This document shows positions 8,397 through 18,285 of a stretch of 64,000 nucleotides of DNA, piece after piece. The translations under genes and the position numbers were made by a program. Position 1 is the first letter of the stretch. Each line of letters begins with the position of its first letter. The notes beneath the pieces are model-generated. The model was not told where the DNA came from, did not search any database, and saw nothing but the letters and a program-made list of their open reading frames with translations. The stretch is from Candidatus Omnitrophota bacterium (lineage in GTDB: Bacteria > Omnitrophota > Gorgyraeia > Zapsychrales > Zapsychraceae): assembly GCA_028280285.1 (NCBI GenBank), contig JANQMA010000003.1, forward strand, positions 8,868 through 72,867, in the 5' to 3' direction.

Positions 8397-8824
8397 CTTT
8401 TCTTAGAAGGGGCTTTTTTGGTTGATTTTTTAGATGGGGCGGGAAGATCATTAGGCGTTAAGAAGCCATATTGTTTTTCCATTTTGGTACAATATTTACT
8501 ATAGTGTTCGTAGGCGCGAGCAAAATTTTTTGCATCTTTTAGCAAAACAATACAAAAATCTTCATCTAAATCATTTTCGATATATGATAAAAGTTTATAT
8601 GTTGCTTGATAACATTTCTCTTGGCAATCTTCTTTTTTAGTTGCATCGTTTATTTTTGTAATAGTCATTTGAAGATCATTAAAGGCGTCATAGCAGTCTT
8701 TTGAAGAATTGTCTATTTCCTGTATGCTGTTCTCTACATATTTACGGACATGCTGTTTAAACTCTTTGATTTCTTCTTTGTAGTCTCTAACTCTTTTTTT
8801 TGCTTTTTCGATTACGGCACTCAT
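8393..8824 (-). CDS. Helical hypothetical protein, candidate antitoxin
   Basis: AGGAG SD; translationally coupled upstream of RelE-like gene; AT-rich. Confidence 0.55.
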   Translation of the reverse strand: MSAVIEKAKKRVRDYKEEIKEFKQHVRKYVENSIQEIDNSSKDCYDAFNDLQMTITKINDATKKEDCQEKCYQATYKLLSYIENDLDEDFCIVLLKDAKNFARAYEHYSKYCTKMEKQYGFLTPNDLPAPSKKSTKKAPSKKR

Positions 8825-8990
8825 TTGTAATTCTCCTATTTCTATCTATTCTCTAACATTAATTATACCACATAGTTGTAAGAAGGGAAGCTTGTGAAAT
8901 GTCAAGAATTTCTATTATAATATCATAAATTGTATTGTAAATCAGTATATTTTTGTTGACCTACCAGTCTGGTAAAATTTCTTTTGTCAA

Positions 8991-9203
8991 TTACTTAAAA
9001 TTCAGCAGTTTGGATGGGGTGGTTTTGAGGGCTTTGGCGATTTTCTCGAGGTTTTGTAGTCCTAAATTTTTCTCACCACGCTCTATCTGACCGATATATG
9101 CTCTATGTAAATCTGCTTCAAAAGCAAGTTCTTCCTGTGTAAGCCCACGTTTTTTACGTAATTCACGTATCTTTAATCCTACTTTTTTGTTAATTTTTGC
9201 CAT
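8991..9203 (-). CDS. XRE-family HTH regulator (R-M controller C-protein-like)
   Basis: LTQEELAFEADLHRAYIGQIERGEKN. Confidence 0.9.
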   Translation of the reverse strand: MAKINKKVGLKIRELRKKRGLTQEELAFEADLHRAYIGQIERGEKNLGLQNLEKIAKALKTTPSKLLNFK

Positions 9204-9220
9204 ATATGTATTGTATTTCC

Positions 9221-9255
9221 ATGCTACTTATCAGTCGACTATCTAAAGGTAGCAT
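9221..9255. promoter_or_regulatory. C-box-like operator
   Basis: ATGCTAC...AGTCGACT...GTAGCAT inverted repeat ~18 nt upstream of the XRE start. Confidence 0.55.
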
Positions 9256-9303
9256 TTAATAAAGTTATGTGATACAATGCGAGGCAGGAAAAAAGATTGT
9301 GAC

Positions 9304-9465
9304 ATGGACGAAAAAGTTATTGATGAGTTAAAACTAAGACTTCAAGCGCCGATTATAGCTATGGAGAGGATTGCAGAAGGAAGCTCTTTGCCTCAAGTGT
9401 TTGTCGATGCGGCATTGTCGGAGCTTAAGGCGGTAGAGGAGTTGCTCAGTAAGCTAAAAAAATAA
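9304..9465 (+). CDS. Small helical hypothetical protein
   Basis: 53 aa, abuts response regulator. Confidence 0.5.
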   Translation: MDEKVIDELKLRLQAPIIAMERIAEGSSLPQVFVDAALSELKAVEELLSKLKK

Positions 9466-9912
9466 ATGTGGCCTAATATCCGTAAATTATTTCTAAATAA
9501 AAAGAAGCATAGTAATCAAGAAAAGAAGCTTATTCTCATCATCGAAGACAATGATGTTGATATGCGGATTATTGAAAAGAGTTTGGGGAGCCTTAATTGC
9601 CGGATTTTGAAAGCCACGGGTGCGGCCGCCGGACTTGCCCTGGCGCGCCGTGAGATTCCTGATTTGATTATCCTCGATTGCCTCTTGCCTGAGATGCGCG
9701 GGGAAGAGGTATGCCGCAGGCTTAAAAGCGATACAAAGACACGGCTCATTCCTGTGGTCATCTTGACTGTGCTTGAGAACAATATCCTCGATTGTTATGA
9801 GGCTGGTGCAACGAAATATGTGAAGAAACCGATTGTCCCCAAAATCCTCCGCCTCGAGGTCCAAGACGCCCTTGTCAACCCTGAACCGGTGATGGATGAA
9901 GACGGGCAGTGA
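9466..9912 (+). CDS. Single-domain response regulator (receiver)
   Basis: ILIIEDN, PDLIILD.LLP, IPVVILT, YVKKP. Confidence 0.9.
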   Translation: MWPNIRKLFLNKKKHSNQEKKLILIIEDNDVDMRIIEKSLGSLNCRILKATGAAAGLALARREIPDLIILDCLLPEMRGEEVCRRLKSDTKTRLIPVVILTVLENNILDCYEAGATKYVKKPIVPKILRLEVQDALVNPEPVMDEDGQ

Positions 9913-9916
9913 CGGT

Positions 9917-11506
9917 TTATTTCCTCTTATAAATCCGCATCCCCGTGTCCGTCGTCCAGCCGGCGGCATGAGTCCACTGGCCGTATTCTTCGACTTTCAC
10001 AAAATTGGATTTGATATACTGGGCTAAAAGAGGTGAGTTGGTTTGTCCGAAGCGTCCCAGGCCGGGCTCTTCTGAGCGCACACGACTGGAGAGAAAGACC
10101 CAATTGACATTATTGGCCTCAAGTTCGGCAATAATATTTTTTTCCTGATCTTCGGGGATATTTAAAAAGTCGAAGAACACAAGCTGGCGTGTCGGGCTTC
10201 TCCTGTCGGCCAAAAAGTAATAGAGCGGATCATAGGGTGCCGCGAAAAACAGCTCGTTTTCACCCACATTCCTTGCGATAAAATCAAGCGTTTTGCTGAC
10301 CGTCATCCTCCATTCAAATGAGTTTCCGACATATATATCAGCTTTTTTATAATTCAAATGCGAAAGCTTTGTTTTAAACGGGATAATGCTTGTGTTGTTT
10401 TTATAGATAAGCGCACTGAGTTGAATCACAAGAAAAAAGATAATGGCTATCCGGACAAAAGGGCGGACCTTTTTCTCTAGATAACCGAGGAAGCTAAAGA
10501 CAAAAAGCAACACAAAGCTATCTGCCCAGAAACTGCGGAAAAATACCCCGCTAATTAAATACTCATGCAGCTGCAAAAGATAAAAAATACCAAAACAAAA
10601 CAAAAACGGAACAAACGGATCCTTATCTTCTTTATCTTTAAGAAGAAAAAAGAAAGATGCCATAATAAGGACACAAAGAAAAATATCTAGGGCAGAGAAC
10701 GTTATGATAATGTATTTATCATGGATCAGGGTAATAATGTTTTGCAGAATGCTTGGGTATTGCGCGGTCGAGGCATCGTTGCCGAAATATTGAAAGTTTT
10801 GTTTAATGATGTAGAAGGGGAGTCCGGTTAAGAAAACACCGTTGGCAATAATCCAGCCGGCAGGAAGTGCAATAATTGAAGTCAGCGCAGTTTTTTTGCT
10901 GCCGGTGCGGCTCTCTTTAGGGCTCAGCATTTTGACACCGGCGATGACAATCAATGTCGCCACGAGGCTTGCAACACCAAGATTGAGCTTCACCAATCCC
11001 AGGAGAAAAGTGAAAAGTAAAGAAATACGTAAGTGTTTTAAATCTTTTATTTTTAAAAAGAGACATAAAAAGTATACGGTTGCAAGATTCAAGGCGATGC
11101 CGCCGATATGATCATAGGTATAGAAAAAATCGTTCTGGAAAAAGAAGAAAAAAAGCGCGCCTAAAAGAGCGATCGACACCGAGCAGATCAACCTAAGCGT
11201 AAGAAAGATAAGCCCTGAACTTGCGATCATTAAAACGGCCTTGCCGATCAAAAGGCTTTTGATCGATGTGCCGAAAAGCGCGAAAAAGACCGCGTAATAG
11301 TAAGGCATAAGCGGTCCGTAAAACCAGTGAAAGTCTTTGTACGGTATTTCCCCGCGCAACACAGCTTCGGCGGCATAGAGGTTAAGCCCATGGTCGCCCT
11401 GGGAAAGCTGGATTTGATAGTCAATCGACGGATAATAGATAACGGCTGCGCAGATTATGGCCGCCAAGAAGTAGGCAAGGGACGATTGTCTGGCGGGTTC
11501 TTTCAT
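9917..11506 (-). CDS. GT-C fold membrane glycosyltransferase (ArnT/PMT-like)
   Basis: DHG..LY.A..VL.GEIPYKDF...YGPL motif; many TM helices; start reassigned to 11506. Confidence 0.7.
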   Translation of the reverse strand: MKEPARQSSLAYFLAAIICAAVIYYPSIDYQIQLSQGDHGLNLYAAEAVLRGEIPYKDFHWFYGPLMPYYYAVFFALFGTSIKSLLIGKAVLMIASSGLIFLTLRLICSVSIALLGALFFFFFQNDFFYTYDHIGGIALNLATVYFLCLFLKIKDLKHLRISLLFTFLLGLVKLNLGVASLVATLIVIAGVKMLSPKESRTGSKKTALTSIIALPAGWIIANGVFLTGLPFYIIKQNFQYFGNDASTAQYPSILQNIITLIHDKYIIITFSALDIFLCVLIMASFFFLLKDKEDKDPFVPFLFCFGIFYLLQLHEYLISGVFFRSFWADSFVLLFVFSFLGYLEKKVRPFVRIAIIFFLVIQLSALIYKNNTSIIPFKTKLSHLNYKKADIYVGNSFEWRMTVSKTLDFIARNVGENELFFAAPYDPLYYFLADRRSPTRQLVFFDFLNIPEDQEKNIIAELEANNVNWVFLSSRVRSEEPGLGRFGQTNSPLLAQYIKSNFVKVEEYGQWTHAAGWTTDTGMRIYKRK

Positions 11507-11584
11507 CACACTCATCTTAGCAAATCTGCTTATAAAGGGGAGGCTTTTCAATAATATTATTCTATGATAGAATGCGCGTTTACA

Positions 11585-11647
11585 TAGGTGTAAGGGGTTA
11601 GGTTTTGGGTGTTAGGGTCTAAAACCTAAAACCCAACACCTAATACC
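11585..11647. repeat. Heptamer inverted-repeat element, family B (TAGGTKT)
   Basis: TAGGTGT AAGGGGT TAGGTTT TGGGTGT / TAAAACC TAAAACC CAACACC TAATACC. Confidence 0.85.
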
Positions 11648-11679
11648 TTTTATCGTTTAAAAACAAAAAAGGACTAAAA

Positions 11680-12006
11680 ATGCACACAATAAGTTTTGAT
11701 GAATTTAAAAAGATCGAGATTGCTTTGGCGGAAATTAAGGAAGCCAAGGAACATCCTAATGCCGATAGATTATATGTACTTCAGGTTGACTTAGGTGATG
11801 AGACGCGCCAATTGGTTGCCGGCATCCGTCATGCGTACACAACCGATGAACTTGTTGGTAAAAAGGTAATGATTGTTAAGAACCTTGAGCCGGCCACAAT
11901 CCGCGGCGAAGAATCAAAGGGGATGATCCTTGCCGTATCGGATGACGACACACTCTCGGTGCTGTCGCCTGAAAGGGATATTAAACTTGGAAGCCTTGCG
12001 AAATAA
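11680..12006 (+). CDS. tRNA-binding protein (MetRS beta-subunit/CsaA-like)
   Basis: HPNADRLY, RQLVAGI, NLEPATIRGEESKGMILA. Confidence 0.9.
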   Translation: MHTISFDEFKKIEIALAEIKEAKEHPNADRLYVLQVDLGDETRQLVAGIRHAYTTDELVGKKVMIVKNLEPATIRGEESKGMILAVSDDDTLSVLSPERDIKLGSLAK

Positions 12007-12062
12007 GTGGTCAGTGATCGGTGGTCAGTGTTCAGAGCACTGATCACTGAACTCTGATCACT
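12006..12062. repeat. Heptamer inverted-repeat element, family C (AGTGRTC)
   Basis: AGTGGTC AGTGATC GGTGGTC AGTGTTC / GAGCACT GATCACT GAACTCT GATCACT. Confidence 0.85.
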
Positions 12063-12071
12063 TTTATAAAT

Positions 12072-12488
12072 ATGCCCACAGAAACGCACACTATTCAGCT
12101 TAAAACAAAAGGCAATGCCGAGATTGTTGATATTACCGACGATGTGCAGCAGGCGTTGACCGATGGCGACATCATCAACGGCATTGTGACGGTTTGCGTG
12201 ATTGGTTCAACCAGTGCGATTACAACTTGTGAATATGAACCCGGTTTGGTTCAGGACATCCCCGCGCTTATGGACAAGTTGATTCCGGAAGGTTCTTATA
12301 AGCATGATCAGACCTGGCACGATGGCAACGGGCATTCCCATCTGCGTTCATCGCTCGTCGGACCATCCATTACCATTCCTTTTAACGATAGAGAAATGAT
12401 TCTGGGGACCTGGCAGCAGATTATTTTTATCGATTTTGATAACCGTCCGCGTGACCGGCGGATAACGGTGCAAATTTTGGGGGATTAA
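12072..12488 (+). CDS. yjbQ: YjbQ/UPF0047 family protein
   Basis: GNGHSHLRSSL.G, LGTWQQIIFIDFD.RPR.R. Confidence 0.9.
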   Translation: MPTETHTIQLKTKGNAEIVDITDDVQQALTDGDIINGIVTVCVIGSTSAITTCEYEPGLVQDIPALMDKLIPEGSYKHDQTWHDGNGHSHLRSSLVGPSITIPFNDREMILGTWQQIIFIDFDNRPRDRRITVQILGD

Positions 12489-12562
12489 TAGGACTTAGAA
12501 CATAGGCCTTGGGACTTGGGATTCCAAGTCCTAAGTCCCACGTATCAAGTACGAACTTCCTA
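12489..12562. repeat. Heptamer inverted-repeat element, family D (TRGGACT)
   Basis: TAGGACT TAGAACA TAGGCCT TGGGACT / CCAAGTC CTAAGTC CCACGTA TCAAGTA. Confidence 0.8.
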
Positions 12563-12566
12563 ATTC

Positions 12567-13634
12567 ATGAAATATAAAACCATCCTCATAACCGGCGGTG
12601 CAGGTTTTGTTGGCTCAAACCTCGCGGTTTATCTCAAAAACAAATGGCCTGATGCGCATATCATTTGTTTCGATAATCTTTCCCGAAAAGGGTCAGAATT
12701 AAATCTTCCAAGGCTCGCGGCGGCCTCCATTAAATTTATTAAAGGCGATGTATGCCATGTCGATGAGCTGCTTGCGCTTCAATCCATTGATCTTTTGATT
12801 GATTGTGCGGCCGAACCGTCTGTCCTTGCAAGCTACGCCAACCCGGAAAAGACAATTGCAACTAATTTAGAAGGGACAGCCAATTCGTTGCAATTGACCA
12901 AACGTGATGGCGCCGACATCATTTTTTTATCGACATCTCGTGTTTATCCGATCGATCCACTCAATGCCATTGAAATAGTCGAGCATGCCACACGCTTTGA
13001 TTGGAAAGAAAGTTTAAATGAAAACGGCGCAAGTTACAAAGGCATCAGCGAAACATTTACCACCGACGGGTTCAATACGGTTTATGGCGAATCTAAACTT
13101 AAGTCGGAGGAGTTGATCCTTAACTATTTAAAAGAAAACAATACAAAAGGTGTGATTACACGCTTTGGCGTGATTGCCGGGCCATGGCAAATGGGAAAAA
13201 TAGATCAGGGCATAATCGGCTTCTGGATCGCCCAACATATTTTGGGAGGAAATTTGCAATATATAGGTTATAATGGAAGTGGAAAACAGGTTAGAGATGT
13301 TCTTCATATTGAAGACGTTTGTGATCTTGTTGCCTACCAAGTCGAACATCTTGACAAATTAAATGGTCAAACGTTTAATGCGGGCGGTGCGCGTGATGTA
13401 TCCGTATCATTGTTCGAACTTACACAGTTAGTAAGAAAAGTTACAGGTGTAACTAAAGAAATCGGCAGTCAGATGCAAGAGCGCGAAGGTGATGTTTGCA
13501 TTTATTTAACGGACAATACCAAGATTACGACCGCAACAGGGTGGAGGCCGAAGCGCGATATTCATCAAGTGATCAGTGATACGTATCAATGGATCATTGA
13601 TCATAAAGATCAACTAGAACATGTCCTCAAATGA
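12567..13634 (+). CDS. NAD-dependent epimerase/dehydratase (CDP-paratose 2-epimerase-like)
   Basis: ITGGAGFVG, YGESK, GKQVRDVLH. Confidence 0.9.
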   Translation: MKYKTILITGGAGFVGSNLAVYLKNKWPDAHIICFDNLSRKGSELNLPRLAAASIKFIKGDVCHVDELLALQSIDLLIDCAAEPSVLASYANPEKTIATNLEGTANSLQLTKRDGADIIFLSTSRVYPIDPLNAIEIVEHATRFDWKESLNENGASYKGISETFTTDGFNTVYGESKLKSEELILNYLKENNTKGVITRFGVIAGPWQMGKIDQGIIGFWIAQHILGGNLQYIGYNGSGKQVRDVLHIEDVCDLVAYQVEHLDKLNGQTFNAGGARDVSVSLFELTQLVRKVTGVTKEIGSQMQEREGDVCIYLTDNTKITTATGWRPKRDIHQVISDTYQWIIDHKDQLEHVLK

Positions 13635-15085
13635 ACATATTTAAATCCTTTCCGCAATTTGTGCCGCAGAAAGTCTGCTTGGCATGTCAGGGATGTTGCC
13701 GTTTTTCCGATAAGAAAAGTGTCTGGCGACCCAAAATCACTTTTGAAGAGATCGACGAGACGGCATGGAAAAACGCGACGCTTGCCAAGAAACTTACCGC
13801 GGCATTGGATGAGAAAGGTTATTTAAGCACAACAGCATCGCAACAAGTTGCTGTGGATGGCAAACCGGCCCATCATTGTTGCGGCCAGTTGTGTGAGCAG
13901 TCCAATGAATGCCAGATTTATGCCGACCGTCCGGTGGAATGCAGTATTTATCCGGTTTTGATTGTCGCACGCGGTAACAAAGTCGTTATTTCACTTCATC
14001 TGAGCTGTCCGTTTATTCAAGAATACTATGGCAGCGAAGCCTGTGATCAGTATATCGAGGAAGTTAAAGCGTTTTTCGGATCTTATGAGGTGCAGGAATT
14101 TCTTAACCGTAACCGGCATTTAGCCGGCGACTACTCTGAATATAAAGATGAGCTGGCCGAAATTATGACGATAGACCTTAAAGATGATGTTAAGTTTGAT
14201 CTTCTTAACCGTCGTCTGGATGTCGAGCAGGCGCTTAAATGCACGCAGCATCAGCAATCCGGTTATGCCTTCAACTATCTGTTCAGCTGGCATAAATTTT
14301 TCAAATTCGAATTTAAGGTCATAAGCGGCTTTCTTTGTATTTTCGCGCATCATGAGTTGGGTTGTTTTATGTATTTACCGCCACTCGGCGAAGGTGAGCC
14401 GACCGAAAATGTGATCAATGTCTGTTTTAATTACATGGACAGTTGCAATGAAGATAAGTCAGTATCACGGATAGAAAATGTTGAGGCCGGGCAACTTGGT
14501 ATGTTTAAAGAGGCGCAGTTTAAAGCGATTATCAAAGAAAATGAATATGTTTATGCCAAGAAAGATATTATTACATTGCGCGGCAACATGTATAAATCAA
14601 AACGCGCGGATTACAATTATTTTGTAACACATAATATTTTTAGTTATCATCCTTACGATCCATCGATGAAAGAAGAGTGCTTAGCGCTGTATGATGAGTG
14701 GAAAAAGGAAAAGGAAGAAAAATCAAACGATGCTTTGTATACGTATTTGTTGATGGAAAACCGCGATGTGCATCAGCTGATATTCAATGAAGGCGCGCAT
14801 GTCGGTATTGTCGGGCGGGTTGTTAAGATTGATGATAAAATCCGGGCTTATACGTTTGGTTATAGATTAAATGAGACAACATTTTGTGTGTTATTTGAAA
14901 TTACAGACCTGTCTGTACGTGGATTAGCCGCATATATTTTTAGCCGCTTTTGTGAAGACCGGGCGCTTGAGCCTTACACCTACATTAATGTCATGGGCGA
15001 CTTTGGTATGGAGAATATCAAACATGCCAAAGAATCTTACCGTCCTCAAGAAATTGTTCAAAATTATACCGTATCGAGAAAATAA
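13631..15085 (+). CDS. Fusion of YkgJ-type CxxCxxCC domain and DUF2156 (aminoacyl-transferase-like GNAT) domain
   Basis: CLACQGCCRF...CQIYADRPVECSIYP; LRGNMYKSKR..YNYF and INVMGDFG...AKESYRP. Confidence 0.8.
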   Translation: MNIFKSFPQFVPQKVCLACQGCCRFSDKKSVWRPKITFEEIDETAWKNATLAKKLTAALDEKGYLSTTASQQVAVDGKPAHHCCGQLCEQSNECQIYADRPVECSIYPVLIVARGNKVVISLHLSCPFIQEYYGSEACDQYIEEVKAFFGSYEVQEFLNRNRHLAGDYSEYKDELAEIMTIDLKDDVKFDLLNRRLDVEQALKCTQHQQSGYAFNYLFSWHKFFKFEFKVISGFLCIFAHHELGCFMYLPPLGEGEPTENVINVCFNYMDSCNEDKSVSRIENVEAGQLGMFKEAQFKAIIKENEYVYAKKDIITLRGNMYKSKRADYNYFVTHNIFSYHPYDPSMKEECLALYDEWKKEKEEKSNDALYTYLLMENRDVHQLIFNEGAHVGIVGRVVKIDDKIRAYTFGYRLNETTFCVLFEITDLSVRGLAAYIFSRFCEDRALEPYTYINVMGDFGMENIKHAKESYRPQEIVQNYTVSRK

Positions 15086-16441
15086 ATGAACGCCCTTTAC
15101 AGCCGCAGCGAAGATTTTTCCGGTGATATAGACAGTATTGTCCATACCTTCCGCCATCGCAGGCATCTTTTCCTCCTTGAAAGCAGTTTTAAAGATGTTC
15201 ACCGTGGGAGGTACTCTTTTATCGGATTTGATCCGGCAGAATGTATTGCCGCCGATGGCAAAGATGCGCTTGATGGGCTGCGGGCTAAATTTGAAAACTA
15301 CAGACGGACAATTAAAACAGATTTAACGCCCCTTTATGCGGGCATTGTCGGTTTTATCGGGTATGATTATGGGTTATATCAAGAAGGTATTGCAGCAAAA
15401 ACAAAAGAAGATAATGTTTCTGATGTATGGTTTGGTTTTTATGAAACGATTATTACGATTGATCACTTCACGAATAAAATTCATATCACATCAATTGCAA
15501 CGCAAGCGGTGGTAGATGCTGTTTATGAACAAATCAAAACGACAACAGCAACTGATTATAAGTCAGAGACTACGTGTGTATTAGATGTCACTACCTTGAA
15601 AAGTAATTTTACCAAAAGTGATTATCTCAAGGCTGTTGACCGCGCCCGCGCCTACATTGCCGCCGGGGATATTTATCAGGTTAATCTATCACAAAAATTT
15701 ACATTAGAGGTTAAAAGCAACAGTATCAATGCATTTAAGATTTATGAATCTCTAAGAGACAATTCTCCTGCACCGTTTGGGTGTTTTCTTGATGGAGGTG
15801 CATTTCAGATTATCAGCAGTTCCCCGGAGAGGTTTTTACGTCTTTGTGGAAGCACCCTTCAAACGCGTCCGATGAAAGGCACGGCAAAAAGAGGCGTGAC
15901 AGATGAACAGGATGAGCAAAATAAATCCGAATTAATTATGAGCCCAAAAGAGCGAGCCGAGCTTTTAATGATTACGGACCTTTTGCGTAATGATCTGGGG
16001 CGGGTATGCACATACGGAACAGTGTGCGTCCAAAATCGCCGGGAAATAGAAGCGTATAAAACGGTTTATCAAGCAACATCAACCATCGAAGGTGAGATTT
16101 CAGAAGATAAAGATTGTTTCGATGTCTTAAAGAGTATGCTTCCCGGCGGGTCAATTACAGGGTGTCCTAAAATAAGGGCCATGACAATTATTGAAGAACT
16201 CGAACCCACACGGCGTGGCGTCTATACAGGGATCATGGGCTATATCAATTTTTCAGGGGCAATGGACTTTAATGTGCTCATCCGCACGCTTGTTTTAACG
16301 CAAGATAAAATCACTTATCAAGTCGGCGGCGGCATTGTTTATGATTCTGATGCTGTGAAAGAATACGAAGAGACATTGATCAAGGCTGAAGCCATTCAAA
16401 AGACGATTGAAAATCTTTTTGCCGTACAAGCGTCTGCATGA
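15086..16441 (+). CDS. pabB: Aminodeoxychorismate synthase component I
   Basis: GDIYQVNLS, SSSPERF, RPMKGT, PGGSITGCPK.RAM, GGGIV.DS. Confidence 0.85.
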   Translation: MNALYSRSEDFSGDIDSIVHTFRHRRHLFLLESSFKDVHRGRYSFIGFDPAECIAADGKDALDGLRAKFENYRRTIKTDLTPLYAGIVGFIGYDYGLYQEGIAAKTKEDNVSDVWFGFYETIITIDHFTNKIHITSIATQAVVDAVYEQIKTTTATDYKSETTCVLDVTTLKSNFTKSDYLKAVDRARAYIAAGDIYQVNLSQKFTLEVKSNSINAFKIYESLRDNSPAPFGCFLDGGAFQIISSSPERFLRLCGSTLQTRPMKGTAKRGVTDEQDEQNKSELIMSPKERAELLMITDLLRNDLGRVCTYGTVCVQNRREIEAYKTVYQATSTIEGEISEDKDCFDVLKSMLPGGSITGCPKIRAMTIIEELEPTRRGVYTGIMGYINFSGAMDFNVLIRTLVLTQDKITYQVGGGIVYDSDAVKEYEETLIKAEAIQKTIENLFAVQASA

Positions 16442-17271
16442 AACAATATATTATTTTTTATAACGGAAAATATTTAAACGTAAATAAAAAGTTCATTGAT
16501 CAAATTAAACCTGGCGTACTTGATGCGTGTGGCGTGTTTGAAACCATGGCCATTTACGACGGAAAAATCTTTGCCATAGATAAACATTGGCAAAGATTAC
16601 AAAGAGGATTAGGTGCTTATCAAATAAAAAGTCCCTATTCTCTTAAAAAACTGACGGAGAGCTGTTATCAAGTTATTAAACGCAATAAGATTTCCCACGG
16701 GCGCATTCGCGTTGCTATTTACCGGCAAGAAAAAATAATAACATCCATTGTCGCCACTCCTGCTAAAAAGAAAACCAAACACGATTATCAGAAGGGATAC
16801 AAGGCTTATGTTTCCTCGATCGTGCGCAATCCAAACAAAACATCCCATGTGAAAGGCCATCGTTACAGTCTGTTTTATCGTGCGCTTTTAGAGGCACGTG
16901 CCCATAAGTGTGATGAAGCCATCCTTTTGAATAAACATAAGGAAATTGTCGAAGGAGCGATGACAAATGTTTTTTTTATTAAAGGCAATATCCTTATGAC
17001 GCCTTTAATTGCCTGTGGGTGTTTAAATGGGATCACGCGTAATATGGTGATCGACATAGCCGGAGCACTGGGTCTTAAAGTCAAAAAGGGCCGATACACA
17101 TTAAACAGTTTGAAAAATGCCGATGAAGCGTTTGTCACCAATTCTATTCTGCCAGTGATGGCGCTTACTTCCATAGGCGGGGTCAAAGTGGGAAACAGAA
17201 AGATGGGCCCGCATACCACCCGCATCCTGAAGGCTTACCTGAGGCACAGCGCCGCAACCGAAAAAATTTAA
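16438..17271 (+). CDS. Aminotransferase class IV (PabC/IlvE-like)
   Basis: GVFET, EG..TNVF, LNGITR, ADEAFVTNS; follows pabB. Confidence 0.85.
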   Translation: MKQYIIFYNGKYLNVNKKFIDQIKPGVLDACGVFETMAIYDGKIFAIDKHWQRLQRGLGAYQIKSPYSLKKLTESCYQVIKRNKISHGRIRVAIYRQEKIITSIVATPAKKKTKHDYQKGYKAYVSSIVRNPNKTSHVKGHRYSLFYRALLEARAHKCDEAILLNKHKEIVEGAMTNVFFIKGNILMTPLIACGCLNGITRNMVIDIAGALGLKVKKGRYTLNSLKNADEAFVTNSILPVMALTSIGGVKVGNRKMGPHTTRILKAYLRHSAATEKI

Positions 17272-17316
17272 ATCTCCATTGCGGCCTACTTCAAAGCCCT
17301 TTATAATCATAATACT

Positions 17317-18276
17317 ATGATTAAGTATTTATATCTTATGCTGCTTGTTTTGTCAGGCAGCGTGTTGCCTGCATCAGCCCAGAGTGATCCGTATGAGTCA
17401 TTTACGCAGCGGACACCTTCCTATCAATCTTTTGATGCGATTAAAAGGGATATTGCCGTACTTCTTCAACAAAACCGCGCGCTTGAGGAGCAATACAGTG
17501 AAGTGGAGGCAAAATCGCGTAGTACAAAAGAGGCTTATAGTCAAAAAAAGGGTGAAGTTGATCGGCTAAGGAGAGAGACAGGGATTGTTCTGCGTAAAAG
17601 CAAGAACAATGTCTACGAAATCGAAAGCACCCTCGGCGATATCGAATCGATCAAAAGCGCAATTCTCATTAAAAAAAGCCGCATTGCCCACCTGCAGGGA
17701 CAAATCATTATGGCCGAGGATAAACAGGTGCTCTGGGAGTTGCAATTACAGGATCTTAAAAATCAACAGATGCAGGCGGAAATAAACAGCAAAAAAAGCA
17801 AATTATCTGTGGAAGATAAAATCAATGCGGATAAGCTAGAGATTGCACGATTACAAAAAGAGATTAATACACTTAATCAGAACCTAAAGGCCCTTTCTAC
17901 AGAACACAAATCTTTTCAAAGCCTGACACAAAGCGCAGCGGACTCCTATAAAAAAATCGAGCGGAGTAATGATGCTCTTAAAAAGCAAATTTCCATTCTT
18001 GAAAGGGAAAGGGACTTGCTCTACCGTGAGATAGATAATTTGGAGGAAAGGCAGAAAATTATGAATTATTCACAGAGTGATGTGAATTATCATAAGGATT
18101 ATAGTAAAGAATTAGGCGAAGAAGTCTCTGTTCTGGAAGAAAAATATAGGAATATCAACGCGACCCTTCAAAACAAGCTTAACCGCGCCCAGCATTACAA
18201 AGAGCTTTCACAAGAGTTTATCGAAGCATCCAAAGCAAACCAGTTGCTGCGTCAGCAACTCAATGAGCTGCAATAA
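17317..18276 (+). CDS. Secreted coiled-coil hypothetical protein
   Basis: Signal peptide ending ASA; heptad-rich. Confidence 0.7.
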   Translation: MIKYLYLMLLVLSGSVLPASAQSDPYESFTQRTPSYQSFDAIKRDIAVLLQQNRALEEQYSEVEAKSRSTKEAYSQKKGEVDRLRRETGIVLRKSKNNVYEIESTLGDIESIKSAILIKKSRIAHLQGQIIMAEDKQVLWELQLQDLKNQQMQAEINSKKSKLSVEDKINADKLEIARLQKEINTLNQNLKALSTEHKSFQSLTQSAADSYKKIERSNDALKKQISILERERDLLYREIDNLEERQKIMNYSQSDVNYHKDYSKELGEEVSVLEEKYRNINATLQNKLNRAQHYKELSQEFIEASKANQLLRQQLNELQ

Positions 18277-18285
18277 GATGCGTAT

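Noticed and set aside
6901-11551. Prophage or ICE at tRNA-Asp
   Set aside because: No integrase, structural or conjugation genes, and no att duplication noticed.
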